Positions 11,662 through 26,500 of a stretch of 64,000 nucleotides of DNA are shown here, one piece after another (the stretch's first letter is position 1; each line of letters starts with the position of its first letter). Both the position numbers and the translations under genes were made by a program. This stretch comes from Enoplolaimus lenunculus. Lineage: Eukaryota. The notes under the pieces are model-generated. The model searched no databases and had not been told where the DNA came from. It saw nothing but the letters and a program-made list of their open reading frames with translations. The DNA is taken from contig JASANG010002537.1 of NCBI GenBank assembly GCA_030248215.1, positions 496,001 to 560,000 on the forward strand. The letters run 5' to 3'.

Positions 11662-13372
11662 CATTTGAAATGAAAAGAATTCGATACAAACTTTACTGTT
11701 AAATACTTATACGTATATACACATGCCAGTAGTTAGTTCACCTTGCTAGGACAAGGCTAAAATATTGCAGGAGGAACAAACGTACAAGGGTTATTAATAT
11801 CTTTACCAGCGAGATTGAAACTTCTGTATTGGGGGCATAAACTTTTTTAGATGGCCGAGAACCCTTATTGGTTCACGAGTTATTGGCAGATAACTGATTT
11901 GGCGCGCTGCCTACGGTTTGGACGGCGCCAAATAATTCGTTAACCAATCGTGTAATTACAAACAATTTGACACCGTTCGCCCCAGTTCAGCAAGCCGCAT
12001 GGAACGGCATATACTTTGTTAAAGTTTGGGACCCAGGGGGAATCTTTGGACCTTAAAAAATCGACTTTCTCAAACATTAAAATTTAGGCGTGTAATGATC
12101 AGAGGGGGTAATGAGAAGCTCGAATATGCAAAAATTTTCAAAATCGAACCATTTTGAATGCATAAAAAGGCTGGATCTGAAACAGCAACACATACAATTT
12201 GCCTTTTCAAATGATTACCAGTCTCCTCCTAATGATATTTACAGCTCGATAAGCCAAAATTTGTAACTTTATTTGCTTTGCCTTATGCGACTCAGCGGCT
12301 GGACAATTTTACCCATCTCTCTCTCGCTTTAAGTGGTCATTTTTAAATTTATAAGCATTTGGAATTTTGAAAACAATTTTTCCTTATCAGTTCAAAATGT
12401 TGCAAATTGAAAACGATAATATTAATAATAATGAACACAAAAACCGAACCAGAACACACTGCCCCTGGCTGAGACTATTTACTCACTTTTACGGGCACGT
12501 ACACAGATATTTGGGCCTACAGTGCACAGTGGCGTAGCCTGCCTTGGCAAAATTTGGGTTCCATTTTCTTTAGAAATATTTTAGTCCGCTTGTGGTGGTA
12601 ATCATGTGGAATCGCGCATGCACATCCAGCGGCGGATTTAGAAATTTGGTTGGCAAAAGTTATGAAACGTAATTTTTACTGATGCTTTATGTGTGCCTCA
12701 GTTTTCTGAAGTGGAAAGTTGTAAGGTAGAGGAACGTTGCCATTTTATCACAAACAAAATTTCTGAATCAATGTTTACACCCTATAGCATGCTGAATTCG
12801 CTATGCCCTTGTACTTTTTCGGCAACATCAGTAGACAAAAAACAGTTCTGTGCAATTGTGCACTTATGTCTGAAAGCCGAAACGGAGTCGTATGAGCACA
12901 GTTTTTAGACAATTTATAATTAGATTTTAAACCAGCAGCTCGTTGGCTGGCATGCTATATGCTAAATAGTATCACCTTGTTTTAACTTTATTCCAATAGC
13001 CAATGATAGTTTAAATTTTTCGCTTCAGCTATTTTTCAATTACATTATAGCAATTTTTAGTCAAAAAGAGTACTAAAGCATTGCCTAACGTAATCGATAA
13101 AGGACACCGTTAATATTGTGCTTTTCTCGCCTAAAGTGCATCATGGCAGGACTAGTTTAGTTTGACGGCGGCGTTGTTAACGCTGAATCTACGACAATTC
13201 GTCGTATCATAACGTGTAGTCCAACGGTGTTCTAAAACCTATGAATACATCTAAGAATAATCCTAATCGTAATCCTAAGCCTAAGCATAGCGATGGACGA
13301 CGAATTGTCCAGTCGATCAAATAATTTTGCGTTACACGTTGTCGGGCGACGAATTGTCATGATACTGTTACA

Positions 13373-13533
13373 CGGACCGTAGCCAATAGGAGGCAGGTTG
13401 GTATGAGCTCCCCTGGAAAAATTTTGGCCTCCCTACAAAATTTTCAACTTTCCTTGCAAATCATTAGAAACCCTTGAATGCCCCACCTGAAAATTCTTTA
13501 GCCCCATAGCTAGGTGAGCTGGCTACGGACCAG
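13373..13533. mobile_element. hAT-like MITE, CCGTAGCCA family
   Basis: CGGACCGTAGCCA...TGGCTACGGACCAG. Flanks CTGTTACA and CCGCTACA. Relatives near 9585-9741, 28978, 31763-31915 and 35257-35408. Confidence 0.65.
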
Positions 13534-14585
13534 CCGCTACAGATGTTGATATTCGGCAAAAATGCCACAGAGCTTACGTATTTTTAAGTCATATTAAAAA
13601 AAAGAATTAAAGTGAACACTTGAAATATTTCAATATTAATTATTATTTTAAGATTTATATAATGAAGGAACATCATATTTTTTGCATATATAGAATACTA
13701 TCATTTACGGTAGGTCAGATGAAAATATCACACCAGATAATGTATGTATAATACAATCATTTTTATCAGATTCGATGTCTGTTTTAGACAGAATATAAAT
13801 TTATACGGGAAAAATTCTATAATATAATATTTTAACCCCATCTCCAGTTAACAGAGGAGATGGTTTCAATATAAACTACTGACGGGTAGTGGTCCAGAAA
13901 ATCTTCAATAAAGATGTTTTTTAATTGGAAAATATTACCACAACAATTACATATATATATGTATATATACATATATATTTATACACATATATAATTACAG
14001 AGTATATAATTGAAATTTTAAATACTTATGCTTGTCGAAATGCGGAAATTACAATAAAAAACTAACGTGTTTTTTAAAGAAACAGTTCAGGCTAACAATT
14101 TAGCAATTTTTTTGTGCGAAAATAAAGTCTTTGTTTTTGAAACTACAAATGAAAAAATTGAAACACTTTTCAGTAAGAACGGTAATTATCGACCATATAA
14201 TGTCATTATAAGTCAAACAGACAAATTCAGGGCTGGGCTGACACTTGAAATATGCGCTGGCGTTTTTATCTAAACTGGTCTACTACTGATTATTTAGAGA
14301 AACAATTGACAGCGTATAATGCGCCGTTCACAATAATTTTGTCAGCGGTGACACAAAATCTCTTATAGACAAGGGCTGTCACAAGGTCATTTTGAAAATG
14401 CGACACTGTTGCCAAAATTATACCGAATAGCGCGTAAATGAATGATAAAAATAACGGAAACGGGTACCGATAATAATCAAAATTAACGAAAATGAAACCG
14501 GATATCCGTGTCACACCTTGATGCCAGATAGTCTTGTCCAGCCCTGTGGACAGATTCAAATTTAACATCGAATCACAAACAAATT

Positions 14586-17500
14586 TCAATGCAAAAACAC
14601 CAAATCTTTGAGTAATTCGCTTGTCTTCGAGTTCATTTGTGGCCAATCGCCAAACGCACAGTACAAATCACGAACGTACACCGTATCGGGTCGATGCACC
14701 AACTCAACTCCAGCGTGTCTATCAGAACGAGCGTACAAATAACACGTTTGATCGGCGTAAGTTAGCGTAACACACGATTGAAATACGTAACATAGAAAAT
14801 AACACAGCCGCAACTCGGTGACCGATGTGAACTCTCGAATTAAATGGTCAGATGCCAGCGAAAGTGATGCGTTTTGAAATACTGTTGCCCGACACGCCGC
14901 TAGTGAACGATCGTCAAGACCTGAAAAATCTCACGACAGTGAAACCGATTGCGGCCACCCACTCGTCCACGTCCCGAAGGCGAACCATTTTTGCGATGGC
15001 TCCATGTGATCCAATGAAAAGCTTCAGCCCAATATTGAAGTTGCAACATTTCAAATTAAATTCCCGTATCCGGAATTTATCGATGAAAATATTAGAAATA
15101 ACTGGGATACCCAGAACCGGATGTAACTTCTACGTTATATGCACCAGGGTATGCAGGAGCGTCAATTATCCATGCGCAGGGCAACACAAGCTGCAATTTC
15201 ATTCCAGACTACGCACAAATTGTCATAATTAAAATTTTTTTCAATTTTGAAACCGATATTTTGAAATGTGATGTAATTTCCAAGTTTCGATAAATTATTT
15301 CCATAAATAATTTCAATTCGTGGATACGCGTTTAAATCATAAAATGTGTTCCAGTTGACCGATTTGTGTAGTAAGGAATTGAAAATATATTTTAAGTAAA
15401 TTTTCTTCAAAGCAATAAACCGAAAAGTTTAATATACATTAAGATGAAATTGAATTTGATATTAGGTATCGTAAGCTAAATTGAATTTTCATTGTCAGAA
15501 GCATACGGTATAAGCTGAATAATTTTTTGAAAAAATTAAAGATGACGCCTTTTTCTTGTTAAATACGCTGATGTGCCTCTGTACTGTTTCCTATATGACG
15601 TGGTATTTTAGGCGATCCCTGTCGGTAAGATAAAATAATAACATTTCAGGTTAATACAAAATTCATCAAACCATTCCGTTTTCAAACAATGCTAACAATA
15701 CACCAGAATTTAATTTTAAGTTCTAACTCAAAATCGACTTCTGTTTCTGACTACGATATTTTAACGCCTGTGACTCCACTCTTTTGAATGATAAAGCGAG
15801 TATGAGAATTCGACTTGAGTATACTTACTTTCAAGCGAAGTCACATTGTGAATAATACGCAACTCTTCTTCGTCAACCTCGCCCGTATCGCCAGCTTCAA
15901 TTGATTTGTCGATCACAAACGGAACTTCTGATGTTTGAAGTTTATCTGCGCCGCATTCTGAAATAAGTCGTTCCTCTTTCGTCGTAGGGCCTGGTCTACG
16001 CCTTGCACGGCCTTTACAAAGGTTACCAAGGCTCGAAGTGCGGCGCCACCATGCAGCGGCGCCGGAAGCAAATTAATATTGGTAGGAACAATACTACCCA
16101 AAATGGTAGAATTCTAAATAGTGTTATTTTGCCAAAATCACATTGTTTTACGACAAAATGTGACCGACAAGATACTCTAGTAAAATGAAGTATTCAATAA
16201 TGCCACAGTAATGCGAAAGATTTTTTCCAGTAAAATCAAATATGCACTTTAACTCTACAGTAACGCGAAATCTATTTTCGCTCTGGCTCACCATTCAAAA
16301 TGAAATGGTTTGTGTCATTCACTTGTAAAGTATTAACGATGCCAGGATAACAATGCTCGTTATCAGCATTTGGTTTAGTTGTTTTGTGTCTTTCTGCACC
16401 TCAACAGTACCGAACCAGAAAAGGGTGGTCGCTCCCCCCAAACTCCATGGTGCTAACCCCCAACGTAGAGGTGGATCCTGAATTTTTAGGCGATTGATAT
16501 GCCTCTCTCCGAGCTCACGCTGGCGTTAAATAGTTGTGAGGACATCCTTCCATAAAACAATTTCACCCAAAAGTTGCAAAATGGTGAACCGGAACGTGAA
16601 TGCATTTTTAAAACGAATCACACTTCGCGAGCAGCTGGAATTTTTTTTGAAATTTTCTAAACATAAAACATCGTTGAAACTTTTATACTTCCATATCCGT
16701 TTTCCGCTTCCGTATTTAGATTACTATCCGTTTCTGTTTCAATATGTTTTACCGATACTAGTGTATATTATATATTTTGCTGTTAGTCTAAAACGTACAA
16801 ATTTAACAGCAGGTTAGGTTGTGTTGGTGGAATAGGTATTCGACAATTTCATATTGTTACCTCTGGGCAATATTGGGGGCTAGCCCCCAATTTGAACATC
16901 TGGAGGGACGTGCAACCCTGTGCCCCCACTTCCGGCGCCTATTGATCCATTTATTAATGCCTGTAGAACCAATTTTACAGTCCCCAAAAAGTATGGGGTG
17001 CTAACCTCCAGCGGCGTACACAAGGAATAGGATAGATTAATTTTACGAATACTAAAGCTCAAAAGATGCTTTTTATGTTGTATCTGTCCCGTCACGCCCG
17101 AAACGAAACCCTCGTACGCTCGTACGAACGTCGGCATTGCTCGGTCAGTGTTTTTGCTGAAACTCTACGAATGTCCAGCAGTATAAAAATTAACTATCGC
17201 CTGTTAGAATTGGGTTGATAACAACGATTCACAGTAATGTTTTGCGTGTAAAAACTATAATCTTAACTCGAAACCTAAATTGACATATGTCTTCAGCATG
17301 GCTAGAATTTTTGCTGAGATATTACGTTATTAGAACGGAAATAAACATTAGATGGCTGTTTCTATTGTAGATTTCAAGAATATTTAACGCTAACTTGATA
17401 AAAGCACGCTGACTTTGAAATATAGATTTTTAACAATTACAGCTAAAAAGTTTCATCGTAGCTTATTTGCGTGCGAGCAAATTTGACAACATGGAATATT

Positions 17501-20500
17501 TGATAGGGTTCAACTCGGAGTGGGATGTGGGTAAGGATTGCTTACCCGACCCGCGTTTTACGTAGGCAAATGCGAAGCTTTTTACTCGCGGGTTTGTCCG
17601 CGGTAAAACGATCTACCCACAATCCACCTTTTACCCGCGCCTGAAATCAAACAAATACTGAATGTTTTGCTCCTAAATCTTAAAAGTTTGGCGCGGGTAA
17701 AAAATGTGAATTTTATCCCCGCGCGATAAAACTCTTTACCCACGGGTATACACGTCCGCAGCTGAAATTTTTTACCCGACCCGCGTTTTCCCGCAGGTAA
17801 AGAGTCCCACTCTGGTTCAACCAATAAGTCGCTATTCTAAGCGTAGCTTTCGAACAGGGGTATATGCAACGAGATGGATAAAGGAGATATGTTCACTATA
17901 GAAATTTCTAGAAAGACAACAAAAAAGCACTCGTAACAGAATCAAGATTGACGTTTTGGATTGTAGAGATAACAATAACGCTTTTGTTATGAGATTATAC
18001 CATCTTGAAATAAAATCCTGGCTACGCCACTGTTTACGAACCTTCGGTACCACTCGTACGTTAAATTTTCAGGATAAAAAAATTTTGCATCTCACATTAC
18101 ATTGAAACCTTTGGCCAAAAGTGTATTTCAATTAATGTCTTCAACTTACCAGTACATCGTATTTGGCATATTGAGTTCAACGGCCAAACACAGTACACTT
18201 CATCCCAAACTTCTTGTTCGTCTTCTTTCGAATAATACGATTGAGCACAACTCATCGGTAACTCTGAAACAAAAGTAGTAATAGGATTTTGCTGGACATG
18301 TCATTAAACACTATCACACATTACTATTCGAGTTTCAAAAGTGTACCCTAATTTGCATGAGAAATTGCTTGTTTAATACGCCAAAACAATGCCTGCATTT
18401 TGCTGAATTATGACGTCACCTTGACAGAAATTTACCAAGTATCCATTTAGCACTAATCTAATTTATATCGGGCAATGTGCCTGTCTGACGTTTTGGGTAC
18501 TAGTAAGCCCGTCACGTTTTTATCTTTCAGAAATGAGGGTTAAAAACGCCTACCAAGTTTTATACTCACAAAGTGGGGGGTCACTAACCCCCCCGCCACT
18601 CAGTATTGGCGACCTTGCTTAATTTAGATTTCGGCAGCCCAGACATTAAGTTATTTATAAAACAGGTCAATGTACTTTTGTTTTTGTCCTTAGTCGCTGA
18701 TAACTTAGGCACATGTAGCGGAACAGTAACATTCCACAGCTCAAGTTTCGGCGCCACGCAGCCACTGACACCATTCCAAACTCCTGGTTCTTCTGAATCC
18801 TGATATCCTAGCCATACTGGCAGAATATCAAGTATAATACCGCCCCTAAAAATAAGACGATGCTACATAGTTATGTTTTGGTTCCACTTGCACCTTATTA
18901 GAGCGTTCAGGAGATCCAGAGATGTCTATACACCGGGGTATATGCAGCATTTATCTCCCGAAAATTTTGGAAAGAAGACAAAAAAACGCCTTCATATACT
19001 TTTGAATTATCCGCTGTATTGTAAAATTCAAACAAGCGTTTTCGTCCGCGACACTCGCTAGCAAACCTCATTTATCACAAGTGTTCCCGTTCAAGATGAA
19101 AACCTGGCTGCGTCCCTTATGGTTCCTTATAATGCATTATCCAGGTTATATTGCGCTCGCCAATGTCATAAAATGTCCAATACCTAAATAATTTAGGAAC
19201 ACACGAAAAATAATGTCCAAAATTTTAGCTAGCTATACAGATAACCTACAAAATAAAGTGACCGGTCAATGTTTAGAAGCAGTAGGGTTTAAAATGTTTC
19301 TTAATTTGTAAAATTTTGGCCCGGAAGTTTACATTTTGATGAAAACATTCAAATATTGGCGGGAAAATTCAACTTTTGGCGGAAGAATTCAAATTTTTTC
19401 GAGAAAATTAACCGGAAAATTTAAAGTTAATCGTGAAATTTAAATTTTTAGGTACAATCTAATTTTGGCGCAAGAAAAAACACACTGTCAAACAAAATAC
19501 TCTGCCATTTTAGAACATGTCCTAAGAATAGTGTGCAAAAAAACAAAATACTTGCTAAATAATGTGAAAATAATTACTTGGTGTAAGAAACAGCTGTAAT
19601 TTTATTGCTACTTTGCAATAAAAATAATATACATAAACATTTTTGACATTGGCGAGCACAGTATAAGGTGGATAGTGCATAAGACGTTAACACCAACCAT
19701 TCAACAAATATCCTGGTTTCATTAGTTATTCGGCTTTTTACAATGAACGATTTAGTTGAGGGTCTCGGAACATACGATTGCCAAAAGGTTTTTTTACTGC
19801 GGAAGTTTAAAACGAAAACTGGCATATCCGTATAACACATGGCAGTGGCAGGTCCATGATTAACCGTTGGGCTAATTTTAAACCGTACTTAGCAAATTTT
19901 TCGATATTTCAAATTTTCAAAAGCTATAAATTGCGCAGAATGCGCAAACGATTAATAAGCTCTTGTTGAAGTTCCGACATATTTTCGAGATATTTCGTTA
20001 TAGAAAACACACTGTGAGCTTCAGGCCAGCCAGTTTTGTTGCAATAATTTCATTGCAGCGGGCGTTGTGAGGGGTTATGCCATTTCGTTTCGTAATTTAT
20101 CCGCCACTGATGCTTATAACAACATTTACATTATTATCCAAATTCATTTTTCTAAAGTTTCGGAAAAAAAACTTACCTGATTTGTGTAAACTCTAACCAA
20201 TCTTGTTTGCTACTGAAATACGGCAGATGCGCCCGACTATGAATGAGTTTACAGTTTTCGTTGGCGTCCTGCCATGTGCCGGCAATGCCTTTGCGATAAC
20301 AATTCGCGCCAGCACGAGTCCATCCGGGTGGACAGCCGCACACTTTTCGATCTGTGTTAAAAACGAAATAAATTCTGCAAATGAGCCCAAAATGCAATTA
20401 AAAAGTTCACCGTCAGGTACCATTCGTCCCCATCCGGCACCGGGCGTTGCCGTCCGCTACCTACCGTGCAATATCGTGCAATACCGTACGGTGATGTGAT

Positions 20501-23500
20501 GAACGGGGACGGGACGGCGTCGCACGACAAGTATAGCGCGCACCCTTAGCAACCACCCCTGGAAAAATTGCGGATCGTACTAAAAATGTTTCAACCTCGT
20601 TTGTAAGTCTTATGAAAGTTTTCTTTGTCCCTCCTGAATGCATTTTAATCTACTTGCCATGTAGAACTGGAAACAAGCTGTGCCGCGGTTGCGGTTACGT
20701 TTGACTTTAAGGCTAATGCAAATAAAATCTCAAATGTCTCAAATTTACAAACTCCGGCACGGGTTACGTTACAATTCGTTATTGGACACCTCGTCGACTA
20801 ACAACTTGTAATCACAAATCTCTCGTCAACTCATCAGTTTGTCGCACATTGTTAAGTTTAGTGCTCATATTCTCAAATACATATAGCACCTATCTCCAGT
20901 TAGCAATAGGTTATCAAAGTAACGAACTGCTGCAATTGCAGATACCGAAATTGGCACTGAAGTAGCGTAAATCGAATGCAATAAATGTGCTTAAAGACCT
21001 ATCACCAACTGGTAACTGGTGCTGCACACATTTGAGAATACTGGCTTCAAGTGTAGAATTGTGCTTAGAATTACGCGTAGAATCATGTTTATAGGGCTAT
21101 TTCAATTTCACCGTCGCCCGGCAAATTGTCAAAAGACGATGGGCATAACTTCTGCACACGTATTAAAAATGGAAATACGCAATATAAGTTTCTATACTAA
21201 AATGCATCTCTAAGTGATTTGTTTCTATTATCAATATTTGAAAACAACATTCATTTCTTATATTTTTATAAGTGAGCTGGTTGTATGTTTATTTCGATTA
21301 TTTATTCCATTTACTCATAATTAAAATGGTTAGCAAAATTAAGTTCCGTATCTTTGAACAAGTAACTCTCTTCACACATCTCAAGAAATCTTTTGACCCG
21401 TTCAATAATATTAACATCGCTTGCAAAGCACTGGAATTCGTTGTATAACCTCGTAAAAAATTGTAGCCCTAATAGCAAGTAGAGCTGAGAACGGGCATGG
21501 CTCGAGTCGTTATTTTAGCTAATTTTAAAAAGTCAAAAACCTCGTATGTTACCTGCTCCTTTTTCAGACGACTCCCCGCCGAACAATATTTGCTTCTGTC
21601 CGTCTTCAATGGCACCGCCTGACGTTTCGCTCACCGAATCAATCGCAGTTTGTTTACTCAATTCGGCAGCATCCGGATCGATTTTGTCTTTTACTCGCTG
21701 TGACGAACGTGTAGTTTGTTCGCGTCTACTGGTTGTTGCTCTCTCAGTTGTAGTTGTAGCCACCGTTGTTGCTTCTGTTGTTGTTCGTGTTGTTGTCTTC
21801 CGCGTTGTGAGGTACATATCTTTGTCGCGACTTTCAGTGTCAACAATGCGATTTTCGGCCACATCTTCGATTGATTTTTGTCTTCCATGGCCGACAGTCT
21901 CTGCGGGCGGTGGCGGCGTTTTATCCACAGTGTTGTCTTCTACTCCACGATCTAGTGGTGTTTCGGTTGGCGGTGTTGTTAGGTTCGATTCTCGAGATTT
22001 ATCTTCTTTGGCTTTTCCTTGCTTGTCTCCGCCGATTTCGTTGCCTTCGAGTCGATTCAACATCCGGTGTGTGGTTTCTTTTGCGGTCAATTTTGAGTCT
22101 TGATCGATTTCGGCGATGCCCGGATCTGAAGACGATGTAGTAGCGTTCGCTAAAAGTCACAATAATCAAGTCATTTGCTGGTGTTTTTTGAGGTTATAAA
22201 CCAAATTTTTATGAAGTCAGGCATCCTTGGCCAGCTCAACATACCAAGATAAGATTAGCATTTTGAAAAGTGACGTGTAACGGTAAGGAATTAAGATGAA
22301 ATTCAGACAAGGTTGAAACTTTTCAGAGGGGCTGGGTCGGCAATTTTCTCTATAGAGATTGAACCTACACCCTGAGATTGAGGTATACATCTTACAGAAT
22401 ACAATAAGTCAGACAACTGTCTAAGAACGAACGGTGGGTATACCTTTCAGAGCTTCAGTAGATCTTATGCGGCGTAAAGTGGATGGGTTGAACTTTCAAT
22501 CACATGGGGTTGACTGAGTTTCGGAGACCAACTGACATAAAGAGCTGAAAATACTTTATCGACATTTGCGCTGGTTAACTGAATCACAAGCCTACTCGCA
22601 CCTAAAATTACTTCACCTGCAAATACGCCACGTTTGGCGACCACTTACTGTCACACTGAAAATGCCCAATATAAACGTTGGCGCCTTCATCAATTTCAAG
22701 CTGATCAGATATTTCAACGTCGAACAACGAACAGCAACGAATTTCAGCGGAATACAGCAGTGATTTGCAAATTGGAATAAATCGACACAAAAATACACAA
22801 ACAGTATCAGTTGCGATTCCAACTTGTTCCAAAAATGGCGCTGCTGTCATGGCTTTCCTAAAAATAAGAAACATAGACTGATAATTTGTAATATTTTTTT
22901 ATAACAGGTTATGAAAAACTCAAAATGAAATGTTTAAAATTGTTGAAAAAGCTTAATTTATTTTAACGAATAGAATTAAATGAACATATTGACTAGCACT
23001 AGCGGATCCAGCAGGGGTGGGGCGGGAGCGGGAGAAGCGTACGCTCCTCCGTCTGAACTTTTTTTGATAAAATGATGAGATCCCTACTGTACAATTTTTT
23101 CTTCTCACAAAATGTTTTTGTAAAAAAATACAATGTTTTCGTCAGAATTTTTTAAAGTCGGTAATGTCCCTGCCTTACAATTTTTCCCCCTCAAAAATTT
23201 TTTGGTGATAAAATGATATGGTCTCACTCCTGCATTACAATTTTTGCATTTCTCTGTTGACTGGCAAGTAAAAGTGCAACTGAGAGCGGTGGTTTACGGC
23301 AAGCAGAACAGAACGTGGTCTGAAATTAGTCTGTTGAAACTGAAATCGAAATTTTTAATGTTTAAAACTATAGAAATATCTAAATTCAGTTCAACAATTT
23401 TGTAGTGATTATGCCGCGAGCATTTAGCAATAGAGCCAGGTCACGCAGCCTTTGTCAACCGTGTTAAACCAATTTGATAATGCCTAACAGTACCACTTAC

Positions 23501-26500
23501 CTGTAACTTCATATAATACGGGCATCTTGACGTTTACTCAGGTACAAAATCATTGGATGAACAACCACAGCACTGACGGATCTAAAAGGAATGAGCACCT
23601 AGGCCGAGGTTTCCCCACACAGGGATCAAAACCAAAACGTTGTATTCAGATTGAGCACTAAAATTGAGTTCAACTTTTCGCTCACTTTTCTCAAAAGTTT
23701 TTTAAATTTTGTGCGCCCCCCTTTTAGAAATTTCTGGATCTGCCATTGAATTACAATGTGGATAAATTACCGAGTGAGTAAAAGGATATTAGATGAAAAG
23801 TAGAAAAATTCACTACGTACCTGTTATATATGACCTCGGCTTTGCATGTGTCGTACGCGATAATTTCGTACTGCCTCAGACCTTCAACTTCTTCGCCAAG
23901 GAACAAATCATTTTCAGGATACTCGCGTGGACGAGATAGCGAGTTAAGCGAAAGCCGTTTGTGGATTGGCGATAAGTGACCAACAGAGTCTCGGTATCGT
24001 TTGTCTAAAAATGAAAAAAATGATACATTTTTTGCTTAGAGTTCTCCTATTGAATCTTGCTTTTCTGTTTCAAAAAAGCGGAACGGTATTTTGTTCTCAC
24101 TGAATAATACGAGTTCTCAATATTCGTAGTTCGATTATACCAGAAAATTAACAGAAACATCCACGATCAGTATTTGAGAGTAGGGCACGGTCAAATTCGT
24201 CTGGGCTGAGACCATACTTGCGTAGGATACGGTCAAACTTGACAGGGACCGGGTTTTTCCTGTTCTTAAACAGCGTAATACATTTAGCAAGCGAGCCAAA
24301 AGTTCGCTAATTTTGCTATTCCAAACATTCTTTGACATATACCGATACCGCAATACCGTTGACGCAAAACTACTATTCAGCCTCGCAACCTAGAATTGTT
24401 AGAAAGGTTAGACGTGGAAGTAAAAGGAAAGCATTGATAACGCGGAATTCGTTTAACATTGTCAAATATTCTTTGGCTGAGGGTAATAAGATATCTTATT
24501 CCGAACTGCGACCGCCGTAGTTGTTAAGTCCCAAGGTCCCCCTTGGAAACCAAACAATTTTTTGTCAAAAAATTACACAACTTGTGTACCATTCGATGAA
24601 TCTTGCAGAGCTGAGTCCAATGGTGTTTAATTTTTTGCAATCAGACGTCTGATTAACAAGTTATTGTCAACTAATTAATTTGGCACCGTCCAAAATCGTT
24701 GGCAGCGTGCCAAGTCAGTTATATGACTATAACTGGTTAGCCAGATGTCTGAAGACGAAAATTTTAACACCATTCAACTAAAGCTCTGCAAGCTGCGTCG
24801 ACTGATTTGCAACTTGTTTAACTTTTTGACAAAAACTTTTTGGGTATCAATCGGGAACCTTGGGACCTTAAAAATTCGAATTTTTCAAAAATTGAAATTT
24901 AAGCGTGAACTGATCAGGGAAGGGTCTAAGAAGCTCAAATATTCAACAATTTTCAAAATCAAACCATTTTTGGCAAACGCCGGTTGGGGGAGGGTAGCCG
25001 AAAAGACACAAACTTACAATTAAAGCTGTCAATTTGACTCGAAGCTTGTGGTGCTTTCGGAGCTCTGTGAGGTAAAACAACACGCAGCGAAACTTCATAC
25101 GCATCTTCGACTTCGCCACTTTGTGCAGTTACAACTTCCAGTGAACCTAACATTTGCGAAATGAACTACTATATATATGTGTATATATATTTATATATAT
25201 CAATGCGCAAAACAGTGAAAATACGACTATATTTGCTAGCATCAAACCAAGATTGACTATTTAATGCACGATTATACAACCATGTTAACTTTTAATTTTG
25301 TACAAAAATTCATAGATTCACACCTATATCGATCAGTGTTGGCTCAAAATTTGTAAAATAAATTTTTACAGAATATTTTTATCAAATGTTGACAAATTTT
25401 GATAAATCAACAAGTTGAATATTGAAGAACAGCATTTGAGTTCAATTACGTACCTTGAAGGGCGAGACGTTCTAAAAATCGGCCCAGATTGCTTCGCGGA
25501 TCCAAACTGATTGGTTCTTGTTCGGACACTGTGCTGTCTAAAAACAGAATAGTAAATAGAACTAAAATTGATTGCTGGCACTTATAGTTCATCAAAACGT
25601 TACATCTATATATTACGTATTAAAGCTGGTCTGCGCCACATATTATATTTGGACAAGTTTTCAGCATTACTTTGTTTATAATGTTTGATTGTTCTGTGGA
25701 AAGAAACTTTGCATGCAGATTGTTATGCATTTCTAACTTTTGAGCATTGTGTAAAGCCGGCTGACTAGTACATGTAATATTGTATTGCGGAACCAGGATA
25801 TTCTACTAGGGGAATATACTTTTTGTGTTCCGAAACTTTACAGTTTTAACGCGTTTTTAGCAAATTTTTCTACATTTTAATGTGTCCAATTGCAGAGAAG
25901 TCTGTCAAATTTTGAAATCCGTGTTGTAACGTTTCATATTTTGCCTATTTGGCTAAAAACCGACTCTGAATCCCAACAGAATGCATATGCATCGCAAACT
26001 GTTAAGCACGGCAGAACCGGTGAGGGGATACATTTCCTACACACCCTCCGTCACTGGCACGGTCAGCTATGCCATTCTGTTGACGCGTTAAGCGCAACCG
26101 CACTACAAGTAAAACTCACTTTCGCCCCGGCACGACGTAATACTATACGCGAGTATGGTATTCAGCCGTCCTTGAATGCCTTGAATACGATGTATCAATT
26201 GACAAACATTGCCTTCAAAGTTGACATATTTACATCCAGGAGTACGAAAGCATTTGTGGACGCACGATTCAAGAACGTTGTCTTTGTACGCGAACAGAAC
26301 CAAACCGACTGGAATGCCGATTGTATGTGGGCTGATTTGATATTTGCAAACGCTGCGTGATGCTAAAAAATGTAAATTGATAATAACGTAGCTAGAAAAG
26401 TTGTGTTCGGTTACATCGCTCTGATCCGCCGCCGTTCGCCTCAAAATCGTCCGATTTTGAAGAGTTTTACACAGTTGAGCTTCTGATAACCTCTATTGAT

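Noticed and set aside
11741..11830. Hydrophobic minus-strand segment ending at a GT donor, considered as the signal-peptide exon of the CUB gene
   Set aside because: No in-frame ATG nearby, and its phase-2 end does not match the phase-1 CUB exon.
21546..22103. 185-aa plus-strand ORF
   Set aside because: Antisense shadow of the Thr-rich exon of the PAN/CTL gene.
23501..23581. Exon-like segment with good acceptor and donor inside the PAN/CTL gene
   Set aside because: Stops in all three frames, and the flanking exons join in frame without it. It could only be a poison exon.
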